A stretch of DNA of 63,981 bases, the filler included, from Octopus bimaculoides (taxonomy: Eukaryota), in the NCBI RefSeq assembly GCF_001194135.2. It is 4 parts of 4 records of this genome, joined end to end, with 100 filler letters (N's around TTAATTAATTAA, not from the genome) between each part and the next. Parts side by side here need not be neighbours in the genome. Positions count along the whole stretch, not along the records: positions 29,714 to 43,414 come from NC_068999.1; positions 43,515 to 61,800 come from NC_068986.1; 2 more parts are not named here. One strand, 5' to 3'. Position 1 is the stretch's first letter. Each line of letters starts with the position of its first letter. The notes under the pieces were generated by a model. The model did no database searches. It was given only the letters and a program-made list of their open reading frames with translations, and was not told the origin of the DNA. A program made the translations under genes and the position numbers. Of the stretch, positions 37,408 through 50,650 are shown one piece after another.

Positions 37408-37962
37408 GAGTCATCCTGACTCATAAGAGCTATTTTACCGGTTTCCATGGGGTTTATATTCTCCGCCTGGATGGGACGCCGGTCCGTTGCAAGGTTGCTC
37501 ATTTTTGCCAGCTGAGTGGACTGGAGCAATGTGAAATAAAGCGTTTGGCTCAAGAACATAACACATTGACCGATCTAGGAATTGAGACCACAATCTCATG
37601 ATCATGAGTCCAACATCCCTAACCACTAAACCACACCCCTGGGACTTCCACTTTTACCTTTCAGTTCAGTTACTCCACGATACGTAAGCTTAAAAACAGA
37701 AGCAGTGAAACGAGGATGATCAGGATAATGATGTACATATATATTTTATTTTTTGTCTTTTGCTTGTTTTAGTAATTAGACTGCGGCCCTGCTGGGGCAC
37801 TGCCTTGAAGAATGTTAGCCAAACAAATCGACCCGTTTACTGATTTTTGCTTTTAAGCGCGATACTTATTCCATCAGTCACTTTTGCCGAACTGTTAAGT
37901 TACAGGAATGTAAATAAACCAACACCAGTTGTCAATCAGTGGTAGGCGACAGATACAAACTC

Positions 37963-37996
<34 letters not shown>

Positions 37997-38066
37997 ATGT
38001 GATGGGATTCGTTCAGTTTCCATGAACCAAATCTACTCATAAGGCTTTAGTCAGACTCGGTTTATC
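37408..38066 (-). mobile_element. SINE C (37408-37640) and SINE A (37755-38066)
   Basis: Reverse-complement C core catttttgccagctgagtggactggagcaatgtgaaa; A 3' half cttttgccgaactgttaagttac. Confidence 0.85.
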
Positions 38067-38859
38067 ATNNNNNNNNNNNNNNNNNNNNNNNNNNNNNNNN
38101 NNNNNNNNNNNNNNNNNNNNNNNNNNNNNNNNNNNNNNNNNNNNNNNNNNNNNNNNNNNNNNNNNNNNNNNNNNNNNNNNNNNNNNNNNNNNNNNNNNNN
38201 NNNNNNNNNNNNNNNNNNNNNNNNNNNNNNNNNNNNNNNNNNNNNNNNNNNNNNNNNNNNNNNNNNNNNNNNNNNNNNNNNNNNNNNNNNNNNNNNNNNN
38301 NNNNNNNNNNNNNNNNNNNNNNNNNNNNNNNNNNNNNNNNNNNNNNNNNNNNNNNNNNNNNNNNNNNNNNNNNNNNNNNNNNNNNNNNNNNNNNNNNNNN
38401 NNNNNNNNNNNNNNNNNNNNNNNNNNNNNNNNNNNNNNNNNNNNNNNNNNNNNNNNNNNNNNNNNNNNNNNNNNNNNNNNNNNNNNNNNNNNNNNNNNNN
38501 NNNNNNNNNNNNNNNNNNNNNNNNNNNNNNNNNNNNNNNNNNNNNNNNNNNNNNNNNNNNNNNNNNNNNNNNNNNNNNNNNNNNNNNNNNNNNNNNNNNN
38601 NNNNNNNNNNNNNNNNNNNNNNNNNNNNNNNNNNNNNNNNNNNNNNNNNNNNNNNNNNNNNNNNNNNNNNNNNNNNNNNNNNNNNNNNNNNNNNNNNNNN
38701 NNNNNNNNNNNNNNNNNNNNNNNNNNNNTGCGTCGCACTAGGTTATTTTTTTTATATATAAATATATATCTATATATATTATAATTTCATTTTTATATTT
38801 GTTTATTTTATTTATTTGTTGTTTGTTTATGGCCATTTTTTTGTTCCATGCTTGAATAT

Positions 38860-39000
38860 TACCTTTTACTTGGCTTCAGTCATCGGACCGTGACCATGCT
38901 GGGGCACGGCATTGCAGGGTTTATCGACCACAGTAAATAAAGTTTTTTAACTCTTGTGCTTATTCTGTTGGTCCCTTTTAACAGAAACTGTTTTGGACCA
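38860..39000 (-). mobile_element. SINE A 3' fragment
   Basis: cttttacttggcttcagtcatcggaccgtgaccatgctggggcac. Confidence 0.7.
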
Positions 39001-39009
39001 GGTCTCCAC

Positions 39010-39480
39010 TCAGAGGATAAATTCCTTCTTTCCTTCCTTCCTTCCTTCATTCGTTCATTCATTCATTAATTTCTTCCTTTCATTCTGCTTATTTTTCCTT
39101 CCCTAATTATCTCATACTTCCTTTTGCCTTACTTCATTCATTCTTTCATTCTTCATTTTCCTTCTCCCATTTCCTCCTCACTTTTGCCCTGACTCATTTT
39201 TTCCTTCCTTCCACCCTTCCTTCCTTTCTTCGTTCCTCTCTTTCTTCCTTCCCACTTTCCTTCCTTCCTTCGTTCCTTCCTACTCTCTTTCATTCATTCA
39301 TTCATTCTCCCTTTCACTCTGCATTATTTTCTCCCCCCCCCCCTCCACCATTCTCTTCTTTTCTTTGCCCGGCCTCATTCTCTTCCTTCCTTCTTCCCTT
39401 TTCTTTCTTTCCTTCCTCACTTCTTCACCCTTACCTCTCTCCTTCCTTGCTTGCTTCCCTCCTTCCCTCCTTATACTCAT
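39010..39480. repeat. Polypyrimidine/polypurine tract (TTCC/CTTT/TTCA)n
   Basis: About 470 bp that is almost entirely C/T on the plus strand. Confidence 0.9.
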
Positions 39481-39624
39481 CTTGGAACCTCTGCAAAGAG
39501 TCAAAGGTCACGGCCCCTTTCTTCCTTACGAAGTAACAAAACACACAAAAAGAAAGGAGAAATAAAGAGGGGAAGAAAATAAACAAAACAAAAAAATGAA
39601 TTAAACTCAAGACTATATTAACCA

Positions 39625-39935
39625 ATGTGTTGTTGCTTACTTTTGAGGGAAGGGGCCAAATCAATTCGATTGACCCCAGTGCTCCACTTATTTTATCGAC
39701 CCCTATCATCATCAGCGTCGTCGTTTTGCATCCACTTTCCATGCTGGCATGGGTTGGACACATTAACCAGGGACTGACAAGCCAGGGGGCTGCACCAGGC
39801 TTCAATCTGATCTGGCAAGCAATCTAGAGCTGGATGCCCTCCCTAATGCCAACCACTCTGAAAGTGTAGTGGGTGCTTTTTACACGCCACCAGCACGAGG
39901 GCCAGTAAGGCAGTACTGGCATCGACTACGCTTGA
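39625..39935 (-). mobile_element. SINE B 3' fragment plus RTE 3'UTR
   Basis: gattgaccccagtgctcc.cttattttatcgaccc; ttccatgctggcatgggttggac...gctggatgccctccctaatgccaaccactc. Confidence 0.8.
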
Positions 39936-40265
39936 ATGGTCTGATATTTCCAGCACATTTAGTAGCTGCATTGAGAGTCCCTCATTGAATCATTATTATT
40001 ATTGTTTATATAAATATATATATNNNNNNNNNNNNNNNNNNNNNNNNNNNNNNNNNNNNNNNNNNNNNNNNNNNNNNNNNNNNNNNNNNNNNNNNNNNNN
40101 NNNNNNNNNNNNNNNNNNNNNNNNNNNNNNNNNNNNNNNNNNNNNNNNNNNNNNNNNNNNNNNNNNNNNNNNNNNNNNNNNNNNNNNNNNNNNNNNNNNN
40201 NNNNNNNNNNNNNNNNNNNNNNNNNNNNNNNNNNNNNNNNNNNNNNNNNNNNNNNNNNNNNNNNN

Positions 40266-40306
<41 letters not shown>

Positions 40307-40342
40307 TCAAAATACATCTGTGAGTGTGTTATGTATGTGTGA

Positions 40343-40373
<31 letters not shown>

Positions 40374-41272
40374 CAGAGAGAGGGGGGTCTAAGTTGATGA
40401 GTGTATTCTACGTATGCAACTGTACCTCTCAGTAATATATTTGTGAAAATCTGTGTGTGTGTGTCACAGTTCTTTGATGTCTTGGTGTCATGTCTCCTGT
40501 TCGTTTACTACTGTAAAGAATAACACTTCATGATTCACGGTTAATTACCCACTAGCACTGTCTAGGTTTGTTAATTGTACTGGGATGTATTCTATAATAC
40601 TTGACATGATTTATTGTGAATCAATTTCCCAACAATCACCTGCGCAACCTATTATCCTATTTCATTACTTTCTTTATCTGTACATTTTTATATTTCCCCT
40701 TTTTCTCTTGAACTTTCATTCACTATATTAGCAGAGAACGAAGCTTTGAAAGAAAATTATTATTTGTACCTTGCATTTAAAAAAAACCTTCTTGAAAGTC
40801 CCTGCGAAATATGTAATAATAATATTATGTAAGAATCATTGAAACGGCAGTAGGAATGACTTTCTTAAGCTATCACAGATACTGGTTTCTGCTGTTCTTT
40901 CAAATGTGCTTAGCTCTACTCATGCTTTATAACATATTCCACAGTGTATGTCACAATTTAGATAGATATTCACTTTACCTATGTTCCAGAGTTTAATGAT
41001 TTGTACTGTATTGAGCTCTAGTATATCCGGTTATCTGTCATGCTTGTGCAGAATATCGTAGTGTCATGTATGTATTTATATATACATACACACAGGCACA
41101 GACAGAAAGACAGAAGTATATACATACATACATATACAAACATACATACACACAGGCACACTGACACATATACATTCATTTGTATATATACACGCATGCA
41201 TACAAATATATATACATGCATGTATTTCTATATTATATATACTTACCTATATTTATATATTATATATATATA

Positions 41273-41655
41273 TAGGCGCAGGAGTGACTGTGTGGTAAGA
41301 AGATTGTTTCCTAATGGCATGGTTCCGGGTTCAGTCCCACTGCGTGACACCTTGGGCAAGTGTTTTCTGCTATAGCCTCGGGCCGACCAAAGCCTTGTGG
41401 GTGGATTTGGTAGACGGAAACTGAAAGAAGCCCGTCGTATATATATGCATGTATGTATTTGTGTGTCTATAGTTGTCCCCCCACTATCGCTTGACAACCG
41501 ATGTCGGCGTGTTTACGTCCCCATAACTTAGCGGTTCAGCAAAAGATACCGATAAAATAAGTACTAGGCTTACAAAGAATAAGTTGGAGTTGATTTATTC
41601 GACTAAATACGATGTTCCAGCATGGCCGCAGTCAAATGACTGAAACAAGTAACAG
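41273..41655 (+). mobile_element. SINE family A, full length, CpG-rich (young)
   Basis: aggcgcaggagtgactgtgtgg...ccagcatggccgcagtcaaatgactgaaacaagtaa. Confidence 0.9.
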
Positions 41656-41761
41656 AAAAATAAATATGTACATATGTATGTGTGTGTGTATGTATAGATG
41701 TGTGTGTGTATATATATACACACACATATACATATATATGTATACATCAATATATATTGAG

Positions 41762-41812
<51 letters not shown>

Positions 41813-42792
41813 NNNNNNNNNNNNNNNNNNNNNNNNNNNNNNNNNNNNNNNNNNNNNNNNNNNNNNNNNNNNNNNNNNNNNNNNNNNNNNNNNNNNNNNN
41901 NNNNNNNNNNNNNNNNNNNNNNNNNNNNNNNNNNNNNNNNNNNNNNNNNNNNNNNNNNNNNNNNNNNNNNNNNNNNNNNNNNNNNNNNNNNNNNNNNNNN
42001 NNNNNNNNNNNNNNNNNNNNNNNNNNNNNNNNNNNNNNNNNNNNNNNNNNNNNNNNNNNNNNNNNNNNNNNNNNNNNNNNNNNNNNNNNNNNNNNNNNNN
42101 NNNNNNNNNNNNNNNNNNNNNNNNNNNNNNNNNNNNNNNNNNNNNNNNNNNNNNNNNNNNNNNNNNNNNNNNNNNNNNNNNNNNNNNNNNNNNNNNNNNN
42201 NNNNNNNNNNNNNNNNNNNNNNNNNNNNNNNNNNNNNNNNNNNNNNNNNNNNNNNNNNNNNNNNNNNNNNNNNNNNNNNNNNNNNNNNNNNNNNNNNNNN
42301 NNNNNNNNNNNNNNNNNNNNNNNNNNNNNNNNNNNNNNNNNNNNNNNNNNNNNNNNNNNNNNNNNNNNNNNNNNNNNNNNNNNNNNNNNNNNNNNNNNNN
42401 NNNNNNNNNNNNNNNNNNNNNNNNNNNNNNNNNNNNNNNNNNNNNNNNNNNNNNNNNNNNNNNNNNNNNNNNNNNNNNNNNNNNNNNNNNNNNNNNNNNN
42501 NNNNNNNNNNNNNNNNNNNNNNNNNNNNNNNNNNNNNNNNNNNNNNNNNNNNNNNNNNNNNNNNNNNNNNNNNNNNNNNNNNNNNNNNNNNNNNNNNNNN
42601 NNNNNNNNNNNNNNNNNNNNNNNNNNNNNNNNNNNNNNNNNNNNNNNNNNNNNNNNNNNNNNNNNNNNNNNNNNNNNNNNNNNNNNNNNNNNNNNNNNNN
42701 NNNNNNNNNNNNNNNNNNNNNNNNNNNNNNNNNNNNNNNNNNNNNNNNNNNNNNNNNNNNNNNNNNNNNNNNNNNNNNNNNNNNNNNNNNNN

Positions 42793-42849
<57 letters not shown>

Positions 42850-42986
42850 ATATATACATACCTAGATGAGTACATTTTAACATACATATATGTACATATG
42901 TGTTTTTAGCTGTATGTGTGTGTGTATGTGTGTGCATTTAGAAGCAGGGCGTAGCAGCCAAATAGTATTCTTTTTGTTCATTTGAA

Positions 42987-43412
42987 CAGGCGCGTAGTTT
43001 CGGTGGTTAAGGTGTGGCATTCATACCGTAAGATTGTAGTTTCGATTCCAGGACCGAGCGATGCATTGTATTCTTAAGTAAAACATTTCATTTCACTTCG
43101 CTCCACTCCAGTCCAGTCCGGTCACCTGGCAAAAACTGAGAAAATCCTGCAATGGACGGCGCAACTAACTGTGTGTATTTCTGTCTGTACATTGGTAAGT
43201 ATTTGTAAGCGTGTACATATAAATGTATTTGTGGAGTGGCTGTGTAGTAAGTAGCTTGCTTACCAACCAAATGGTCCCGGGTTCAGTCCCACTGCGTGGC
43301 ACCTTGTGGTCTTCTACCATAGCATCGGGCCGACCGAAGCCTTGTCAGTGCATTTGGTAGACGGAAACTGGAAGAAGCCTGTCGTATATGTATATGTATG
43401 TGTGTGTATATG
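42987..43412 (+). mobile_element. SINE C head (42987-43135) and SINE A head (43233-43412)
   Basis: ggcgcgtagtttcggtggttaaggtg...tttcgattcc; ggagtggctgtgtagtaagtagcttgcttaccaacc. Confidence 0.85.
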
Positions 43413-43514
43413 TTNNNNNNNNNNNNNNNNNNNNNNNNNNNNNNNNNNNNNNNNNNNNTTAATTAATTAANNNNNNNNNNNNNNNNNNNNNNNNNNNNNN
43501 NNNNNNNNNNNNNN

Positions 43515-44150
43515 GTTCCCTCCAATGTTCATTTGCCCGCTCCCCTATGCTCCGTGCTGTTTCACCTACATACGTTGTTGTCTTGTTACTGCATCGTCCC
43601 TCTGTACATCTTATACTATAGACTACATTTCTGGTTTTACAGTTTGTTTGTGGGCTAAATCTACATACAGTACAGTTCCTATCAGTGCAGGGGGTTCTAC
43701 TAAAAGGGTATGTTCTACTGATAAGGGATTTGATAGGGTTGCCTGGCCTTTCAACAACCTTAATTCTTAGCTTAAGTTTGTCTAGGGCTCTTCTAAAGCG
43801 GTACGCCAGTTCGCCTCTAGGGGTGGTGTCGACGGACATGACGCTCTGGTATTTGTCGCTATCATACCATGAGTTGGCCTTCCCTATTTTCTTCTTAATC
43901 CTTTTAATGGTGTTCCATGATTTGCTCCTATAGAGTGGCCAAATCCCATTCCTATTGTTACGTTTGATGGTTTCAAATTTCTTCATAGCTCCTTTGTATA
44001 CTCTGATCCTTTCTTTATGGCTGTAACCTGAGGACTGCATGCAGTGAACGAAATGTTGTATATGTCTCTTTAATTCTGTAGGGTTGCACATGCAGGACAC
44101 ATTTCACATTACTCTGATGAGGTCTGCCATCAATATATTGAATTTGGCAT
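43515..44150 (-). mobile_element. Penelope-like element (Neptune/Nematis-like): RT thumb, Cys-rich linker, GIY-YIG endonuclease; cut by gap
   Basis: ORF 43459-44100 has MQSSGY...R (PLE RT thumb), TP.GEL...KVVER.G, C-x4-C-x2-C, and NVVYSIRC...C...YVGETARSIGER.NEH (GIY-YIG). The frame continues upstream past one TGA. Confidence 0.88.
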
Positions 44151-44263
44151 TTTGAATTTGGAAATTTGCACACACCATCCTTCTCACTCATATTTAATAT
44201 CTATTCGCCTGTCTGTCCGTCCATATATATTTAGGCATATATATGTGTGTATCCTTTATCACG

Positions 44264-44307
44264 AGTGTTTACTTCCTAAACAACAAGTGTTTACTTCCTA
44301 AACAACA
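44264..44307. repeat. Perfect 22-bp tandem duplication
   Basis: (agtgtttacttcctaaacaaca)x2. Confidence 0.9.
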
Positions 44308-46080
44308 ACGTGTCAAATGAATAACTCAGTGATAAATGAACACAAGAACATATAGGAAAGATAGGTTTTGTTCCGAGACTACCCAGTTGTCCAGAGCGTT
44401 GAGGGTGGCTGTTGAGGCACGCCTTCGCTGTACAAACAGAATCTTTGATTTATCACCAACCCGTCATATTAAGTGTGGTACAGTTCACAATCAGCATACA
44501 GTATTATCCCTGATCAATGATAACTGAATCAGTGGTGAGCGTGAATAAATGCGCGCGCGCGCACACGCACACACACATATATATATATATATATANNNNN
44601 NNNNNNNNNNNNNNNNNNNNNNNNNNNNNNNNNNNNNNNNNNNNNNNNNNNNNNNNNNNNNNNNNNNNNNNNNNNNNNNNNNNNNNNNNNNNNNNNNNNN
44701 NNNNNNNNNNNNNNNNNNNNNNNNNNNNNNNNNNNNNNNNNNNNNNNNNNNNNNNNNNNNNNNATATATATGCATATATCCATACATATATGTACATATC
44801 TACATCTGTATGTATACATACATGCATATATGGGTACAATAAAAAAACACGTTAAACACAATGAGAAACGAAAACATAAAAACGAAAACAGAAAACGAAC
44901 TTTTTTCGAACGAAAAATACCAGTATTATATTTGTGTTATTCAAATACATGCTACTGGCCACTTCGAGTTATTTCTCTTAGCTCATTTTTGTTTAAGTAG
45001 GTGTATATATTCACACACACACACACACACACACAGAGTGAAAGAATTGTAGACAGCGAAGGCAATGTGTGTGTGTGTGTTCATATATGTGTGTGTTTGG
45101 GTGCGTGTGTAAGATATTTGTACAGAGTGATTTCTCTTGGTGTGAAATTGAAGGAGTGTCACTCTAGATAAGTGGTTTTAAGTACTAAATTGCTGATTGA
45201 TGTTTGTTTCTTAGTCATTAGTCGCTATATGGCTATTATATTTAGTATATATTTTCAAGAAGCTAGATAGATATGTATAAACATACACCAAAGAAATTAA
45301 ATAAATAATGCGAATTTTGCAAAGGATTCAAGTTCGACAATCCTGAGGAGTCTGTAGATGTAGGGGAAGTAACTCTTATAAACGGTCAGAAAATACTATA
45401 TTATCCTGACGATCAAATGGTTATAACAATAGGACGTCATGTGTGTGTATGTGTTTATGCGTATGTGTGTGCGTGTGTGATGTAAACATACATATAAATG
45501 TATGTGTGTGTGTGTGAAGGTTTCCAAGAATTCCTTTTGCTCTAAAACTGGCATTGCTATTAATCCGTGGAGAGCTGCCCCAATATATTCAATGTCTCTT
45601 TGACACAAGATGAACAGTAAACATAAAATTTTCAAGGGGAAAACTACAAAATATAATAAATTAATAAACGAATCCAGATCACCAGTGAGAAGTTTAAAAG
45701 AGGAACATGATTTTTAGGGAGAGACTAAGGAAAAAATGGTGCCAAATAGTGGTTTTTGAGCTTATTAACTTTGCGGAGCATTGGTCAGAAATAAAAATAT
45801 CCACTGGTTCACTTTGTATAGAAAATAAAAAAAGTTAGGATTTCAGAAAATCTATAGAATTTAGTTATCTTTTATCTTTTACTTGTTTCATTTGGTAGAG
45901 GACAGCCCTGCTGGAGCACTGCCTTGAATAATTTTTATGATGTAGTGGTTGAACCATGTCAATAATTGAATCTTTGCTGTATGGATAGTTCTTTTTGGCT
46001 GAAGTCTAGAATTTGAGTGTGTGTATGTGTGCATGCATATGTGTGTGTGTGTGTGTGTACGCGCATGTGTGTGTGTGTGT

Positions 46081-46141
<61 letters not shown>

Positions 46142-46159
46142 TGTGTGTGTGTGTGTGTG

Positions 46160-46420
46160 CAGCTTTGACACTGTCTCAAATATGTGAATATGTGAGAAGT
46201 ACTCCATTGTAGAATTTACTTGAGATTTATAGAGGGTCATCCAGAGATCAGGACTGAAATACTGTTTGGATCATGAAGAGAATTGTGTTTAGAATGCAGG
46301 TTTGGCAATATGTTAGGTCATCATAAGAGATTGATAAGTCTAGCATTCTTAGTGATTTCAAAGGCTTTAATTGTGTGTTTTCATGTCTAGTGATTCCTCT
46401 TTACAATTTGATTGCTGATT
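46160..46420 (-). mobile_element. CR1/Jockey-like LINE RT fragment next to long (TG)n
   Basis: TLYKSQVNSTMEYFSHI resembles the TLYK.Q.RP.MEYCSHIW motif. Confidence 0.6.
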
Positions 46421-47689
46421 ACTACTTGAAGCTATTTGAGAGTTAATTGCCCTAGCAATAGACACAATGCAGTTGTTCTACTGTCTTATTCATTCAGCCT
46501 TTCATACTTTGATTTCTTATTTAGATTGCTTTTTAGTTTTCCTTAGTTTAGCTGCTATTTTTAGCAGATATGTATCTGTTTACTGCATATATTAGTAACA
46601 TAGGCACAAGGTCTTAGATTCTGTGAATGGCTGCTTACATGTATCATCATTTTAACTAATGACTTTTAGTAACTCCCTTGACAAGTACTAAATGTTTACC
46701 TTGAAATTTTCATGATAAATTACAAAGATAGTTTCCTGTTATTTTCCTTTTGGCGCTTTTTTTTTTTAGGAGACACCACATGAGAGAGTATGTTTACAAT
46801 GTGATTGTCTTTCCACCCATTTCCAAGGTACTAGACACACACTCAATGAGCACTTCACTAACTGAAATCAATACCATAGTGCTCACAAAAACAATACTAA
46901 TATGTATCCTCTACTAAATTCCACCAGCACCTTTAATTTAATCTTACCAACTGTGCTCCCTATCCTAAAAGTATAAAGCCCATCTACTACAGTAACATCA
47001 TCCCTTGCTACAGCAATACTGGTCTATTTCCTTTAGACAAGTCAGGAAACAAATAAGCAGCCAGAGGGAACAGTCGCTATTATATCTGACAGAGCAAGCA
47101 CAACAGTGACTTTTGACATGAACCATCCACTATCCAAAAGAAATCCCCTTACATTTTTTTAGCTTTGCTGAATCTGACAAAATAAATACAAAGAAGCATT
47201 ATCTCAATAATACATCAACCTCTGCTGTTTCCCCAGTGCAAGATATATTCCCAGTGCTGCCACTAAACAGCAATGAGGATAATTTTCAGTCCTTAAAGTG
47301 GCACAAAGATTACAGCCACCTTAGCAATGACAATTCTGCTAAGTGCTCATTGGCACCAGCACATCTGTAAATGCTCAAAACTGAAAAATTCCATATATTC
47401 AGTGCTGTACTGCCAATCAGTCAAACCTAGTCCCTTTATACATCCCAGTTGTGACTGACTTCAACAACTTCCGCTTTAATGTTGAAGTAAATGTTGGAGA
47501 TTTTCATTTGTGTGTATTGTGCACACTGAATAGTGAGAGCTATTTTCCTCCATGATACCCTTACTGCAGATGTAAAGGACATATTTTTCAATGGCTACTG
47601 CAAATCAGTGTCCATATTCAACAAAGTCAACAACCTATTTATAATTAGGCTCTGCAGAACTCAAGCATCTCTACTTTGCTTCCAAGAAT

Positions 47690-49050
47690 GTCTCCAGAAA
47701 GTTAAACTATGCAACTCTAGCAATATATTAATGAAGGTCTACTTCAATGTTTCCTTTGTGGATTGGTTTTTGAATATTCCGAAACTAGGAATTTGCATTT
47801 CAACTTTGGACTAAGCAGCAGTTGAGATGCTTTTCAAATTTAAGAATGACTTTTTCTGGTCCCAACTTGTGCTGGAGCCAACAAAACAAGAAAAGTATCT
47901 TGGACCTAGTGTTGAGCAATCACAATAGGCACAGGAGTGGCTGTGTGGTAAGTAGCTTGCTTACCAACCACATGGTTCCAGGTTCAGTCCCACTGTGTGG
48001 CACCTTGGGCAAGTGTCTTCTACTATAGCCTCAGGCCGACCAAAGCCTTGTAAGTGAATTTGGTTGTCGGAAACTGAAAGAAGCCCGTCGTATATATGTA
48101 TATATATATGTATGTATGTATGTATGTTTGTGTGTCTGTGTTTGTCCCCCCACCATCGCTTGACAACCGATGCTGGTGTATTTACGTCCCCATAACTTAG
48201 AGGTTCAGCAAAAAGAGACCAATAGAATAAGTACTAGGCTTACAAAGAATAAGTCCTGGGGTCGATTTTCTCGACTAAAGGCGGTGCTCCAGCATGGTCG
48301 CAGTCAAATGACTGAAACGAGTAAAAGAGTAAAGAGTAGGCAATAATTACACTAACCACACACACACACACACACAAAAAAAAGCACCACCACTGAACTG
48401 CATGAGATTTCTCATAAATAACCAAAGGGTAGGTGAAGAAGACTAGGCTGTTGAGAAAAATTAGACACAATTTCCAGTCTTCTATTTGTGAAAAAAAGCA
48501 TAATGGTACTTTTTTCTCCATTTGCCCACCTATCAATGAACACAACATTCTTCAAAAGGATATCAAAGATATGACAGAGATTCTACAAAAGCAATACTGT
48601 TCGTTTTTTAGTGATCCTGTTGTGGCTGACTTAAGTAGTACTAATAATGTAAACCTTCAATATATCCTCTCGGACATAATTTCTGATATTGTGGATAACA
48701 TTGTGAAAATAAATAAAATTAAAATGCAATTAAGCAGTAGGCCATGACAGATACCCTGCTATTATCCTAAAAGCATGCAAACATCAACTTGCATCTCCTC
48801 TTGCTAATCTCTGGAGGTATCTGCAGACCTCAGGATTTATTCCAGAGCATTTTTCTGTCCCAGTCTGTTATTCTAGCTTTTTAGAATGGAAATAAGTTAC
48901 TTGCTGTGAATCACAGTCCAATCTCATTAACTTCTCATATTAAAGTATTTGAGAGGGCAATGTGATAAAAAATAACTGCCTCCTAAACAAAGATTATATT
49001 GATCCTAACCAATACGGGTCTGAACAGAACTCTAATTTGATCAATACACA
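47690..49050 (+). mobile_element. CR1-clade LINE fossil (APE endonuclease end to RT start), split by SINE A
   Basis: (D)FNVSFVDW, SILDLVLSN, EILQKQYCSFFS, G.D.YPAIILKACKHQLASPLANLW...N.SPISLTSHIKVFER. Confidence 0.8.
47927..48338 (+). mobile_element. SINE family A, full length
   Basis: aggcacaggagtggctgtgtgg...gactgaaacgagtaaaagagtaaagagta. Confidence 0.92.
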
Positions 49051-49377
49051 GTGATTTGAATTAGATGCAAAAAAAAAACAAAAACAGCTAAATGAGGAAA
49101 AACTCAAGCTCATTCCTTCCCAAAAAGAGAATATACTTAAACAGTCATATAATCATATTCTCTGCAATCCAGTTGTGACTATCCTGCGTTTTTCATATAT
49201 TAAGAAGGATTATAGTATCTCATGTTTCCTTCTTTATTTACAATGAAGGGAGAAAGCTGACCCTAGTGAGTGGATTTGGTAGATGGAAACAAGTCTGGTC
49301 ATGGGGAAATACTACCCATGTTACCTCATTTGGAATCAGTCATAGAAAATCTACCGTAATAAATTCTGTCCGACTTA

Positions 49378-49442
<65 letters not shown>

Positions 49443-49619
49443 GACAAGCAGACAGAGAGAGGATAAGAAATTTGGTTGCTATTTCTAACAGGCTGATCTG
49501 GTAACTGTGTAAAGTTCCCTTAAAGGTCCCTTTGTTAGGTCATGAATATGACTGCTATAAACCAGTCCTGTTAGGACACCAGTAAAGACTTCATCTTTCA
49601 TACAGTCTATTTACAGTAA

Positions 49620-49960
49620 TGTAGCCCTTTGCAGATGTTGGTTACTCACTAAGCTATATCCATGGAAGGTGTTTAGTACTGTCAGCAGCCTGGAGATGTA
49701 CTCTGCCTTTTCTACTGCCACTGTAATGCTCTCTACTCCTCAGAGCTGGGTTTTTTCTCATACTATCTCCACTGAAATACTCCTAGCTTATTCATCTCTC
49801 TTTCTGTCATTACCCATGTTGTCTCCCACCTGACCAAGCCCTGCACAAACCACTACTCTCAATCCTTTAACCCCAGAAAGTTTTCCCTCTGGAACTCTGT
49901 TCCTGCTCCTATTTTCTATGTAGGCACTGACTTGTAACATTCTAAACATTATCTTAATAG
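49620..49960 (+). mobile_element. CR1/Jockey-like LINE 3' end
   Basis: ctttctactgccactgtaatgctctctactcctcagagctgg matches the reverse complement of ~11970-12010. Confidence 0.65.
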
Positions 49961-50593
49961 CATTAACCGAACTGGTCTTGAACTATCTGCAAAAATCATA
50001 TTTAACACCCCTTCCTTCAGACCAGGTATGAGCAATTTTTTTGAGAAGTGATTTATATGAGACATGAGTACTGTATACAGTAAATATTATGGATTATTAT
50101 CAGATAGATCACGCTACTAAAAAAATTCAAGATAATATTTTGTTGGCATGCCATTCAGAAAGTTCCACAAGTCACAGTTTGCCTATGCCAGTTCTAGATC
50201 CTGCGAGTACTCCCACCATTTATTTTACAGTGCCATCAAAACTTAAATAAGTGGACTGCATCCTCACCCCTAACACATGTATGTTTCCAACTTACAGCTA
50301 CGTGTATTGAACTAATCCAGAGTTAAGTGTTGATCACAGATACAGCACAATGTGTCAGTGACAGGATGCAAACAAGCCCTTTCAGCTAGTTGTCTGATGT
50401 CCCATCAGTTCTCTCATCGATGTTGAAGAAGAAATATCCTCAATGAAAAAAGAAAAAAAACACAAAAAATACTGCAAATAGACAAAGAAAAGAAGAGACA
50501 AGACACATATTTTGTAAAAAGAATTCCTTTATTTAGATATAACATAGCATTCAGAGAAAGTTTAATTTGCATGATAAACTATACATTTTCTAG

Positions 50594-50650
50594 GTCTGTC
50601 TCAAAAGTAAAAGGTTTAACAATAGACTGTTTTACAGACAGAAACAGCAG
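50594..50650 (+). other. Putative 57-nt exon
   Basis: ACATTTTCTAG acceptor and perfect CAG|GTAAGT donor. Two frames are open (VCLKSKRFNNRLFYRQKQQ / SVSKVKGLTIDCFTDRNS). Confidence 0.3.

Noticed and set aside
44104-44121. In-frame TGA (selenocysteine?) and CTGATGAG (hammerhead core?) in the Penelope-like element
   Set aside because: The TGA is most simply a CGA-to-TGA CpG mutation, and selenoprotein PLEs are the N-terminal-EN Naiads. CTGATGAG is antisense, inside coding sequence, and has no evident GAAA/stem partner.
45308-45440. Plus-strand open frame CEFCKGFKFDNPEESVDVGEVTLINGQKILYYPDDQM
   Set aside because: It looks protein-like, but the acceptor is weak and no homology is recognised, so support is insufficient.
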